Shown here piece after piece: positions 17,333-25,501 of a stretch of 64,000 bases of DNA (the first letter of the stretch is position 1; every line of letters starts with the position of its first letter). The notes below the pieces were generated by a model. The model had not been told where the DNA came from. It ran no database searches and saw nothing but the letters and a program-made list of their open reading frames with translations. The stretch is from Methanomicrobiaceae archaeon. GTDB lineage: Archaea > Halobacteriota > Methanomicrobia > Methanomicrobiales > Methanomicrobiaceae. The DNA is taken from positions 14,153 through 78,152 of the forward strand of contig JAFGNT010000016.1 of the NCBI GenBank assembly GCA_016926855.1, in the 5' to 3' direction. The position numbers and the translations under genes were made by a program.

Positions 17333-17481
17333 CGCGGCCGCCTTCCTGCGCGGTCGTCGGATGCAAGGCTGTTTGACAAAATCTCGTTGATATACGTCGA
17401 GCGGGGAATGAGCCCCCGCCGCCGGTCGGTTTCGGCGACGAGCTCGTCATCGAGCGTCAATTGAACGGGACGTTTTACCAT
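17329..17481 (-). CDS. ribbon-helix-helix (CopG/Arc-like) DNA-binding protein
   Basis: This is the internal ATG of track ORF 17329..17754. The sequence MVKRPVQLTLDDELVAETDRRRGLIPRSTYINEILSNSL shows the typical RHH beta-strand plus two helices. It is the first gene of the element's long operon. Confidence 0.6.
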   Translation of the reverse strand: MVKRPVQLTLDDELVAETDRRRGLIPRSTYINEILSNSLASDDRAGRRPR

Positions 17482-17550
17482 GAAAAGTAATAGTTGTGTG
17501 AATAGGTATAAATATCGGAATGCTAAAAATAATATAGAGTGCGTGTAAAA
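17482..17550. promoter_or_regulatory. AT-rich divergent promoter region of the element
   Basis: Two TATA-like boxes, GGTATAAATAT and CTAAAAATAATATAG, lie between the RHH gene (minus) and ORF 17551.. (plus). The spacing is compatible with leaderless transcripts. Confidence 0.45.
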
Positions 17551-18186
17551 ATGAATAAAACCCGGAAAGAAAACGAATTTATCGATGAAGTGAAGGAAGA
17601 GCTTTTTTGGATCAACCAAAAAAAACCGATCGGGGTTCCGTCGGAAGAATGGGAGCGCGAAAAAAACCGGTTTTTTTTGTTTGTCGATCCGCCATTTTTT
17701 GCCGTCACGCGGGGGCTCGAGATTATAAAATTTGGCCAGACGAACAACGCGCATCTCGCGCTCATCGAGCAGACCGGAACGGTGAAAACCATCGATTTTT
17801 CAAAAGACAGGGAGTTTCGTGTATCGCTGACCGACGGCGGCGTGTCGTTTTCTGACAACGTCTGCGAATGGTGCGGTGCTCCGTTTCCGGAAGGACTCAC
17901 CCGGCGGCAGTCGGGAAAGCGCCGGTTTTGTGACGCTCTCTGCAAACAGCGGTTCGCGGCATTCGAAAAGCAGTTCAGCGCACTCTGTGAAAATGAGAGT
18001 GTAGCGGACGGGCTGCAGCTTCTGCACGACTTGGGATCCCCGGCCGCATACCTGCTGGGTATCCTCCAACGTGGGCGAACATGTCTTCACTGTGGCGGCG
18101 ACATACCACCCGAAAAACCTTTAAATAGCCGTTTCTGCTGCGATTTGTGCCGTTTCGCGCACCACAACGCGAAAAAAAAGCGATAA
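17551..18186 (+). CDS. hypothetical protein with two CxxC...FC-x3-C zinc motifs (element)
   Basis: The ATG at 17551 (MNKTRKENEF...) is preferred over the GTG at 17539. The two motifs are CEWCG..RRFCDALCKQRF and CLHCGG..SRFCCDLCRFAHH. Confidence 0.55.
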   Translation: MNKTRKENEFIDEVKEELFWINQKKPIGVPSEEWEREKNRFFLFVDPPFFAVTRGLEIIKFGQTNNAHLALIEQTGTVKTIDFSKDREFRVSLTDGGVSFSDNVCEWCGAPFPEGLTRRQSGKRRFCDALCKQRFAAFEKQFSALCENESVADGLQLLHDLGSPAAYLLGILQRGRTCLHCGGDIPPEKPLNSRFCCDLCRFAHHNAKKKR

Positions 18187-18199
18187 AAAAAGATTATTT

Positions 18200-19408
18200 T
18201 CACTGTTTTCCTTCAAGTGCCGCCTTCACCCGCCTGTCTATGAGCGCCTGCAGTGCCTCCGGGTGCGCTGCCACGTCCGCCTGCATACTCTGCACCGTGG
18301 CGATCTGCCTCTGAATCTTCGCGAGTTCGGCACGTAATGTATCGTTCTCCTCGCGGAGCTCGTCAAGGTGTCCGCCGACGATCGCGGCCGCCACATCATC
18401 CGCCACACCGACACAGACGGCACCCTCCGCCTGCAGGTAGTGCTGCCGGAGATCCTCCTCGGTATAGCGGACATATGCATCGGCGAGGTATCCGTTATGC
18501 CCGATCAGCAGCTCCACCACGTCGATCGGTATCCGCTGCGCCATGACCGTCCGGAAAAACTTCCGGCACTGGTGAAGGTGGACCCGTCGCCGGTTCGTCT
18601 TCGGGTCGATATCGTCGACGCCTGCCTTCTTCAGGGCGTTCGCAAAAGAATATTGGAGAGTCGCAGGATGCACCGGGAAGATACGATCGTCGCCGTCGAT
18701 AACCTTCACCAGGTCCTCCTTCCCGTGATACCGCAATAGTCCGTTATTACGCTGCACCGATGATGTGAGCCACTTGTCCCGCACCTCGAGCCAGGCACGA
18801 ACGGCGGCGGCTGCCTCCCGACTAATAAAGGTTGTGCGAGGATCCCCAGACTTTGTGATGTCGCCCGGGATCGCAATCCGGGCCGGCTCTTCGTCGAGGT
18901 GGATGTCCTCCATCCGGAGGAGGAGTGTCTCGCCGATACGCATCCCAGAACTAAGCATCGTCAAGAACACCGCCTTTGTCTGGACCGGCATATACGGCAC
19001 GATTTTCTGTATCAGGTCACGGGAGAACGTGGCCTCCCGGGTCCGTGCCAGCCGTCCCTTCGGTGCCTTCTTCTTCGTCGCCTTCCAGACATCATCAGCG
19101 ATCTCGATCCCGTTCGCCTTAGAGAACTCTTTCAGGACAGCCAGCCAGAACTGCGCGGACTTCGGCGGTGACTTCGAGGCGTTCAGGGATGCCGCATATC
19201 GCTGAAGGTCAAGCGCATAGTTCCGCGGTTCTGTGAAATAGGCATTGGCGAGGGCTTCATACTGCCGGGCCTCTTCCTGCGTGACGACCCGGCCCTTCCG
19301 CACCGGCTCATAAATGAAATCCAGATACCGGCGGCAGGCACTCGCATAACTGGATCGGGTGCCTTTGTTCCCCTGTAAAGATATAAAATCTGCGATCCTG
19401 TGACTCAT
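18200..19408 (-). CDS. tyrosine recombinase / phage-type integrase
   Basis: 402 aa. Catalytic-domain signatures are present: SSGMRIGETLLLRMEDI (Arg I), HLHQCRKFFRT (H-x-x-R) and LIGHNGYLADAYVRY (His/Tyr). Confidence 0.85.
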   Translation of the reverse strand: MSHRIADFISLQGNKGTRSSYASACRRYLDFIYEPVRKGRVVTQEEARQYEALANAYFTEPRNYALDLQRYAASLNASKSPPKSAQFWLAVLKEFSKANGIEIADDVWKATKKKAPKGRLARTREATFSRDLIQKIVPYMPVQTKAVFLTMLSSGMRIGETLLLRMEDIHLDEEPARIAIPGDITKSGDPRTTFISREAAAAVRAWLEVRDKWLTSSVQRNNGLLRYHGKEDLVKVIDGDDRIFPVHPATLQYSFANALKKAGVDDIDPKTNRRRVHLHQCRKFFRTVMAQRIPIDVVELLIGHNGYLADAYVRYTEEDLRQHYLQAEGAVCVGVADDVAAAIVGGHLDELREENDTLRAELAKIQRQIATVQSMQADVAAHPEALQALIDRRVKAALEGKQ

Positions 19409-19430
19409 ACAGAGTATATATGTTGCTTAG

Positions 19431-20417
19431 TTATAATAAACTTTTCACGTAGTCAGCAACACAACAATAACCGTTTTCACGTGCAAGGTTCCGGATCACT
19501 TTCCAGACACCGCTGCCGTACTGCATTGCCTTCTTCTCGTACCTGGCGATATCCGGCGGCATTTCCCGCTCCGCAACCCGCCTGAGGTCGCGTTTTCTCA
19601 CTCCACCCGCAACCATCCCTGCGGGCGGCAGCGCCTGAGCAGCGCGCACGACACGGATGTCAAGGTACGGCAGCGAAAAGGACGTGCCGTGAAGGCCTCC
19701 GACCGCCTGGTCACGCGCACTCTGGGCGGCAAGCCCGCGGAAATCCTTCTCGAGATCCCCGGCGAGGTCCGTACTTACGAGGTACCGGGCATATCCTCCA
19801 AAGAGTTCATCTGCGCCCTGGCCTGCAAGAATACGGGTATATCCGTGCTCCGCCGCCCATGCGGCAACACAGTACAGCGTTGTTGCGATAGAGGCGTCAA
19901 CGGGATTTTTGTCCGGGATGACCGGCACCACGGCATGCAATGCCGCGGAGATCATGGCAGGCGTCAGTTCGACAGTATGAAGCGACAGCCCGAGCTTCTC
20001 TGCGACATATGCCGCCCGCTCCAGATCGTGAGATCCGGGCAGGCCGACTGCCACGCAGGGAAGACCGGCAAGTACCGCGATGAGGCTTGAGTCCACGCCC
20101 CCGGAGAGTGCGGTGATACCCGCATCGCTCCGGAGCCGTACCGCCTCGACGATAGCGTCATGGAGATCGAGATCCGGCGGATCGGGTGAAACGGTGCCCG
20201 CTTCTCTTCCGTTGCAGAAAACAGTGCCGGCGGGACAGGGGCCGGGTATAATTCCGAAATGGTCCCGTGCCACGCAGCCGTCCCAGGAAAGCAGGAATTC
20301 GCCCCCGAAACGCCCGACGGCGGACGGCCCGGCCTCCAGCAGTGCCCCGACATCGTCGGCGGACAGGCGCTGCCCGTCCTCCTCGATCCACCCTTGCAGC
20401 ATTACGGTGTCAACCAT
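19431..20417 (-). CDS. asparagine synthase-family PP-loop ATPase lacking a canonical N-terminal glutaminase Cys
   Basis: 328 aa with the PP-loop LSGGVDSSLIA and QGADELFGGY. The N-terminus is MVDTVML (no Cys2) and the N-domain is only ~95 aa. Confidence 0.75.
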   Translation of the reverse strand: MVDTVMLQGWIEEDGQRLSADDVGALLEAGPSAVGRFGGEFLLSWDGCVARDHFGIIPGPCPAGTVFCNGREAGTVSPDPPDLDLHDAIVEAVRLRSDAGITALSGGVDSSLIAVLAGLPCVAVGLPGSHDLERAAYVAEKLGLSLHTVELTPAMISAALHAVVPVIPDKNPVDASIATTLYCVAAWAAEHGYTRILAGQGADELFGGYARYLVSTDLAGDLEKDFRGLAAQSARDQAVGGLHGTSFSLPYLDIRVVRAAQALPPAGMVAGGVRKRDLRRVAEREMPPDIARYEKKAMQYGSGVWKVIRNLARENGYCCVADYVKSLL

Positions 20418-20538
20418 GAAATTAGCCTGTTCCTGTATCGTTCTACCCCGTCATAGATGGATATTGCGGATATGCTCCGGCGCACTCGAAGGGTTAGCAC
20501 TATTTAATCGGGCATGGCGTACAGGAAACTGATTTGGA

Positions 20539-20934
20539 ATGATTATCAGTATTCAGACACGCGAGCAGGTCGAATCAATCCTCCGTGCATTGCAGGATGC
20601 ATACTCCGCACGGGACACCGACGGCGTGATGGCGCTCGTCGCACCCGGATTTGTCGGGTACGGGAGCGGTGAAAAGGTACCATCCGCGGAGGAGTACAGG
20701 GACCATCTTTCACGGGAATTTTCCCCCTGTGACACTCTGTCCCTCACTCTATCCGACCTGCATATCGGTGCGTCCGGCACCGTTGCATGGATTCTCGCAG
20801 ACGCAACCGTCACTGCCGGTACCGGAGGCGTTACGCACCGCTACGCCGGAAGGCTGACCATGGTGCTGGTGGGCACCGGGCATACGTGGAAATTCGTGCA
20901 GTCGCATTTCTCTCTTCCCGAACAGAAAGAATAA
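20539..20934 (+). CDS. SnoaL-like / NTF2-fold protein (DUF4440-like)
   Basis: 131 aa, ...ILRALQDAYSARDTDGVMALVAPGF...GTVAWILADATV...WKFVQSHFS. This is the typical NTF2-like pattern. Confidence 0.6.
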   Translation: MIISIQTREQVESILRALQDAYSARDTDGVMALVAPGFVGYGSGEKVPSAEEYRDHLSREFSPCDTLSLTLSDLHIGASGTVAWILADATVTAGTGGVTHRYAGRLTMVLVGTGHTWKFVQSHFSLPEQKE

Positions 20935-21126
20935 CGGCACGCCCTTTCCGTCTACCTGAGTCTGCGGCCGGGAGAGAGGAATAATGTCACGATGTTTCGA
21001 AGAAGATTCACCGCGACGGCCGCGCCTTCAGGCCGCCGTGCACCCTTTCCGGTCAATGTTAAACGCTCTTGAAATCAGTAATGCTAATCATTGATGAAAA
21101 TGATTTTATAGTTTAACAGTGATAGT

Positions 21127-21183
21127 GTGATTGGGGAGTTGCATTTGCCAACAGCGTTCACCCTCCCGGATGCAACCCTCGGG
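21127..21183. repeat. copy A of a diverged ~60-nt intergenic repeat
   Basis: GTGATTGGGGAGTTGCATTTGCC...CCTCCCGGATGCAACCCTCGGG aligns with copy B at 21579-21641. About 20 of the first 24 nt match, and there is a shared 10-mer ATGCAACCCT with a 6-nt spacing difference. Confidence 0.6.
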
Positions 21184-21419
21184 CCAAACACGCCATCAAT
21201 CCAAGCAACGACAGAGCGTTCATCGCCAGAGAGCCCGCCCTGCGGGCAAAGAACTGGTGATTCGAGTGACAGACACCAAAGCACAACCACCACACATAAG
21301 GCCGTCGGGCTGACACCACACCACTGTTGAAGGCATTGTCACGTTCACCAACGCCGCCCCTATCAACTCCCCGCCTTTTTCAGATCCTTTCCACCTTTTT
21401 TCTGCGCTATTCCCGACCC

Positions 21420-21474
21420 GATTCTGATCCTTGCCCGATCCGTTCCTGATCCATTCCCGATCCGATCCCGATCC
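21420..21474. repeat. degenerate tandem repeat with 11-bp phasing of GATCC
   Basis: GATCC occurs at 21426, 21437, 21448 and 21459 (exact 11-nt spacing), then at 21464 and 21470. The units are ATTCTGATCC / TTGCCCGATCC / GTTCCTGATCC / ATTCCCGATCC. Confidence 0.85.
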
Positions 21475-21578
21475 GACCCTGGCAGAGAATGTTTTGATTA
21501 GCACTATAATCAACCATTATCGTCTATCTATATTGATAATCAATAGTAAATAACTATAAATAGTAGTGCGTATAAGTA

Positions 21579-21641
21579 GTGATCAGGGAGTTGAATTATG
21601 CACCCTATGACTAACCTCCTGCATCACATGCAACCCTTGCA
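21579..21641. repeat. copy B of the ~60-nt intergenic repeat
   Basis: GTGATCAGGGAGTTGAATTATGC...CCTCCTGCATCACATGCAACCCTTGC; see copy A. Confidence 0.6.
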
Positions 21642-21863
21642 CTCTCCTGCAGTGCCCTCCTTTGCGGGTAAGGGACGGGCCGGTGCGGCGAGGAGTGCAC
21701 ACATAATTATACCAGGTCCTACCTCTCATGCAGCCGGACACATCCTCCGTTGCGGCTGCCCTCACGTCCCATAAAAATAAGAATAACAACTCCCACCCTC
21801 AAGATAATATTTTTCTCTCATCCTCCGAAAAAAGCGGGTTTTTCCGCATTCTAAAAAAAGTGG

Positions 21864-23210
21864 TTATTTCGTGAGCGGCGAGAGTTTTTCAATCACATTC
21901 GTCACCTGAGAGACCGCTGTGCCGATATACCGGTCCGCAACAAGCAGCGATTCAAGTTCCCCGCGGCTGCATAGTGCGACAACAGGTGCATTCCCGGACA
22001 GAATTTCTGCAAGCGGCTTTTCCTCGGCTAACGCCCGCATGCTTGCGACACGCACGATTTCATGCGCCGTCTGGCGGTCCATACCGCGTTTTGTAAGCTC
22101 TATCATCACCGATTCTGCCATATTAACGCCGTGAAGCAGATTTAAATTCCTCCGGATGTTCTCTTCCCTGATCACAAGGCCGTCTAAGACACGGATCATC
22201 ACCTGAAGAATATGATCGGTAAGGACCGATGCCTCGGGAAAGAGGACGCGTTCCGCGGATGAGTTCGTGAGATCGCGCTCGTCCCAGAGAAGATTGTTCT
22301 GGAGCGCGGGTTCGACGCATGCACGAACGATACGTGCAAGACCGCACACCTGCTCGGATTTGATGGGGTTTCGCTTGTGCGGCATCGTGCTCGATCCCAC
22401 CTGCCGTGCACCGAACGCCTCCTCGAGCTCTCCTATCTCAGAACGCTGCATCATGCGTATTTCAAGCCCGATCTTATCAAGCGTCGTCGCCACGTTTGCG
22501 CAGAACATAAAGTACTCTGCATAACGGTCGCGCTGGACAAGCTGATTGGAGACGTCCACGGAAGCGAGGCCGAGCCGCTCCATCATCGTCGCCATGACAC
22601 GGGGACCGCTCTCCCCCATCGCCGCCTGCGTGCCTACCGCTCCCGTCATCTGGCCGACGGCCGCCCGCGGGCGCAGCTGCCCGAGCCGTTCAAGATGCCG
22701 GCCGACTTCGGATGCCCATATGGCAAACCTGAGCCCGTAGGTTGTCGGGACTCCGATCTGGCCGTGTGTCCGGCCTGCGCAGACAAGCGCCTTCGTCTCT
22801 TCGCTCCTCCGGAGAAGGACCGCGAGCAGGAGTTTGAGTTTTCCTTCGAGGAGGTCGAGACTCTCACGGATCTGGAGGCCTGTCGCCGTGTCGAGAATGT
22901 CGTTCGACGTGGCGCCGTAGTGTACCCACCGCCCGGCATCTCCGCAGACTTCTGCAATTGCGCGGACGATCGCCATCATATCGTGGTGTATCTCATCCTC
23001 GATCACCTTCGCCCGCTCCAGCCGGGCGAGGCCTGCTTTTTCTCCGATCTCGCGTGCGGCATCGTCCGGGATAAGGCCGTGCACGCCTTCAGAGTACGCC
23101 AGCGCCGCCTCAGCCGTAACGATGCAGGCAAAGCGGTTTTCCTCGTCCCAGACGGCACGCATCTCCGGCGTCCCGTACCGGAAGTCAATGGGGTGAATCG
23201 CCATGGTCAT
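21864..23210 (-). CDS. purB: adenylosuccinate lyase
   Basis: The track ORF is trimmed to the ATG at 23210 (MTMAIHPIDFRYGTPEMRAVW...). The fumarate-lyase signature GSSTMPHKRNP is present. Confidence 0.9.
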   Translation of the reverse strand: MTMAIHPIDFRYGTPEMRAVWDEENRFACIVTAEAALAYSEGVHGLIPDDAAREIGEKAGLARLERAKVIEDEIHHDMMAIVRAIAEVCGDAGRWVHYGATSNDILDTATGLQIRESLDLLEGKLKLLLAVLLRRSEETKALVCAGRTHGQIGVPTTYGLRFAIWASEVGRHLERLGQLRPRAAVGQMTGAVGTQAAMGESGPRVMATMMERLGLASVDVSNQLVQRDRYAEYFMFCANVATTLDKIGLEIRMMQRSEIGELEEAFGARQVGSSTMPHKRNPIKSEQVCGLARIVRACVEPALQNNLLWDERDLTNSSAERVLFPEASVLTDHILQVMIRVLDGLVIREENIRRNLNLLHGVNMAESVMIELTKRGMDRQTAHEIVRVASMRALAEEKPLAEILSGNAPVVALCSRGELESLLVADRYIGTAVSQVTNVIEKLSPLTK

Positions 23211-23311
23211 AGATATGATCGCCCCGAAGAATAAATACCGGGGGCGGGAGGGCACCCGGCACACGTGCGGGAGGCAGGATCCGCAGGACAACGGGCGTGG
23301 CACCGTCCGCC

Positions 23312-24373
23312 TTAAATCCAGCGTCTCCGCCGGAAATACAGGATTTCAGACACGGCAATAATCACCATGATTACGAGGACAAGGGGGTACCCATAATCCC
23401 ACGAGAGTTCGGGCATGTTGTGGAAATTCATCCCGTACAGCCCCACGACAAAGGTGAGCGGGATGAAAATGGTTGCGATGATAGTGAGAACTTTCATGAC
23501 CTCGTTCATCCGGTTGCTGACACTCGAGAGGTAGATATCGAGCATGCCCGAGACCGTATCGCGGTAGGTTTCGAGGGTATCGGCAACCTGGATGACATGG
23601 TCGTAGACATCCCTGAGGTAGATGAGTGTCCCTTCCGGGATCAGGTTGGTTTCGCCCCGGTCCATCGCAGCAACAACCTCGCGCAGAGGCCAGATGGCCC
23701 GACGGAGGAAAATAAGATCGCGTTTCAGGGAATAAATGGTCTGGAGGGTTTCAGGGTCGGGATCGGTGACCAGTTCGTCCTCGATGTCCTCGATCCGCTC
23801 GCCCAGCTTCTCAAACACGCTGAAGTACCCGTCCACGATCGCGTCGAGCATCGTATACATGAGATAATCGGCACCGAGTTTCCTGATGCGCCCTTTGCCG
23901 GTCCGGATCCGGTTCCTGAGGCTCTCAAAGACATCCCCCGGCTGTTCCTGAAATGAGATGATAACATGGTCCCCGAGGATGAGGCTCACCTGCTCGGCAC
24001 AGATCTCCTCGTTCCCGTTGATAAAAAGCATCTTTATGACGATGTAGAGGTATTCGTCAAACTCCTCCAGTTTCGGGCGCTGGGTTGTGTTCAGAATATC
24101 CTCCTGCGTGAGGGGGTGCAGGGAAAAGCGATTGCCGAGAGCCTCGATGAGATGGGGGTTTGCGAGACCGTCAATGTTAATCCAGGTGACGGACGGGCCG
24201 GTGGCGCGGGTGGCCGCCTCCTCGACGGAGACGTTTTTCTCCTCTAAAAAATTGTTTTCATCGTAGTCAATTACCGTGATGACCGACGATTCGACCTTCG
24301 CCTCCCCGATATGGATCAGTGTCCCGGGTGGCAGCCCCGCCTTCGATGATGCCCTTCCGGCCTGATTCTTCAC
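23312..24373 (-). CDS. corA: magnesium/cobalt transporter CorA
   Basis: 353 aa with the YGMNF motif (GLYGMNFHNMPEL) and two C-terminal TM helices. The start is GTG, with GGAGG 10 nt upstream. Confidence 0.9.
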   Translation of the reverse strand: MKNQAGRASSKAGLPPGTLIHIGEAKVESSVITVIDYDENNFLEEKNVSVEEAATRATGPSVTWINIDGLANPHLIEALGNRFSLHPLTQEDILNTTQRPKLEEFDEYLYIVIKMLFINGNEEICAEQVSLILGDHVIISFQEQPGDVFESLRNRIRTGKGRIRKLGADYLMYTMLDAIVDGYFSVFEKLGERIEDIEDELVTDPDPETLQTIYSLKRDLIFLRRAIWPLREVVAAMDRGETNLIPEGTLIYLRDVYDHVIQVADTLETYRDTVSGMLDIYLSSVSNRMNEVMKVLTIIATIFIPLTFVVGLYGMNFHNMPELSWDYGYPLVLVIMVIIAVSEILYFRRRRWI

Positions 24374-24445
24374 TGATGGTATGCCTCCGTTTTTGGAGAG
24401 ATGGGACGACCAGATATAAAAACCGGAAGGGTTTTGAGGACAGGA

Positions 24446-25426
24446 TCAGGGGTTCTTCCCGTTCCCGGTGAGACCTGCGGCAGCTTTCCCGGTGAGACCT
24501 GCCGTATCTTTCCCGGTTACCTCAACGGTCGAACTTGCAATCCGGATATACTCAGACGACTCGACCGCCTCCAGAATGAGGCGGTTTATCCGGTCAGACG
24601 TTGATCGGCGGCTTTTTACATCGGTCACATACCTGAGCGCAATGCTGATCCAGTTGTCCGTTACGGTAAGAAAAACGGCGGGCTCCGTCACTTTCCGGGG
24701 GAGGTAATAAATCTCGCCGATCCGATCGATCTCCTGTTCTGCCTGTTTCGCGATCGCACCCGTCTCGTTTTGGATAATCGCGAGAAAGATCTCGATGGCG
24801 GCCTTCCAGTCACTATCGTAGCTGATCGGCACGACGATTTCGTCCCAGATGAAGCTGTGATCCTTGGTATAGTTGAAGACCTTGGTCGAGAGGGCCGCGT
24901 TGTTCGGCATCACCACGATGCGCCCGGTCGGCTGATCGCCGTGCACCCATCCCCTCATCTCCATGAGCGTGGTGTTGAGAAGGCCGATGTCCATGACATC
25001 GCCGAATACACCGTCCACCTCAATCCGGTCCCCGACACGGTACACCCCGGAAAAAGCAACGGCAATGCCGTTGACAAAACCCCGGAAATAGTCCTGGAGA
25101 GCAATCGCAATACCTGCTGCGATAATGCCGTAGGAGACGAGCAGGGACTGCGCGTCTTCCACCCACACCCGGATCAGGAGGGCAAACACCGTGGCGATGA
25201 AAAGGATGGATACCGCCTTTTTAAACGAATACCGGGTCTTTGCGTCCTTGATTGTCCGGTTCCCGATACGGGCGACGATGACTTCGAAAAACAGGTATGC
25301 GACCGAAATCCAGAGAAGCGAAGAGGCAATCAGCCCCAGATACGCGATCGAGAACTGGCGGTCGATAAAATACAGGGCGGCGGCAGAGATCAGCAGCACG
25401 AGGAAAATGCCAATCTCCCGTATCAT
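24446..25426 (-). CDS. small-conductance mechanosensitive channel (MscS family)
   Basis: 326 aa. N-terminal TM helices are followed by the MscS beta-domain pattern (GDRIEVDGVFGDVMDIGLLNTTL). Confidence 0.85.
   Translation of the reverse strand: MIREIGIFLVLLISAAALYFIDRQFSIAYLGLIASSLLWISVAYLFFEVIVARIGNRTIKDAKTRYSFKKAVSILFIATVFALLIRVWVEDAQSLLVSYGIIAAGIAIALQDYFRGFVNGIAVAFSGVYRVGDRIEVDGVFGDVMDIGLLNTTLMEMRGWVHGDQPTGRIVVMPNNAALSTKVFNYTKDHSFIWDEIVVPISYDSDWKAAIEIFLAIIQNETGAIAKQAEQEIDRIGEIYYLPRKVTEPAVFLTVTDNWISIALRYVTDVKSRRSTSDRINRLILEAVESSEYIRIASSTVEVTGKDTAGLTGKAAAGLTGNGKNP
24464..24517. repeat. 24-nt tandem duplication in the 3' end of the MscS gene
   Basis: CCCGGTGAGACCTGCGGCAGCTTT / CCCGGTGAGACCTGCCGTATCTTT / CCCGGT. 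It encodes the repeated TGK(D/A)(T/A)AGL tail. Confidence 0.85.
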
Positions 25427-25449
25427 ACGGCACCATTTGCCGGTGATGG

Positions 25450-25456
25450 TATATAA
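25450..25456. promoter_or_regulatory. shared palindromic TATA element between divergent mscS and XPD genes
   Basis: TATATAA sits about 28 nt from the mscS ATG (25426) and about 50-75 nt from the XPD start candidates. Confidence 0.3.
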
Positions 25457-25501
25457 GGAACAGGGAGACGGTACCGTTCACCCCGCACGGCGATACTACA
25501 A

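Larger units (their letters stand above)
8803..19493. mobile_element. integrated plasmid/virus-like element (~10.7 kb) with tyrosine integrase, RHH regulator, primase-polymerase and Topo VI-A-like protein
   Basis: A block of about 18 non-housekeeping ORFs sits between the gatC promoter and the 3' end of an asnB-like gene. The integrase lies at the right edge. AT-rich promoter islands are present. Candidate att repeats lie at 8803-8826 and 19467-19493. The boundaries are inferred. Confidence 0.7.

Noticed and set aside
17482-17945. N-terminal extension of ORF 17329..17754, and ORF 17523..17945
   Set aside because: The extension crosses the AT-rich promoter island and translates as Phe/Leu/Lys-rich junk. 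The RHH domain starts at the internal ATG at 17481. The second ORF is antisense to the + strand zinc-motif gene.
21420-21474. CRISPR array
   Set aside because: The repeat unit is only 11 nt with no spacers, and no cas genes are present in the window.
21581-21640. Possible C/D-box sRNA on the minus strand (GTGATGC ... CTGA)
   Set aside because: The C box is imperfect and no credible C'/D' boxes exist. The spacing does not give two ~12-nt guides.
21583-21789. 68-aa minus ORF and 58-aa + ORF in the AT-rich island
   Set aside because: The composition is unconvincing. The duplicated element they overlap is conserved in different frames, which argues against coding.
20935-21863. Chromosomal replication origin (oriC)
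   Set aside because: There is no orc1/cdc6 gene nearby. I could not find repeated ORB or mini-ORB-like boxes; only a single weak GGTGGAAA-like match is present. It is kept only as a low-probability hypothesis in the findings.
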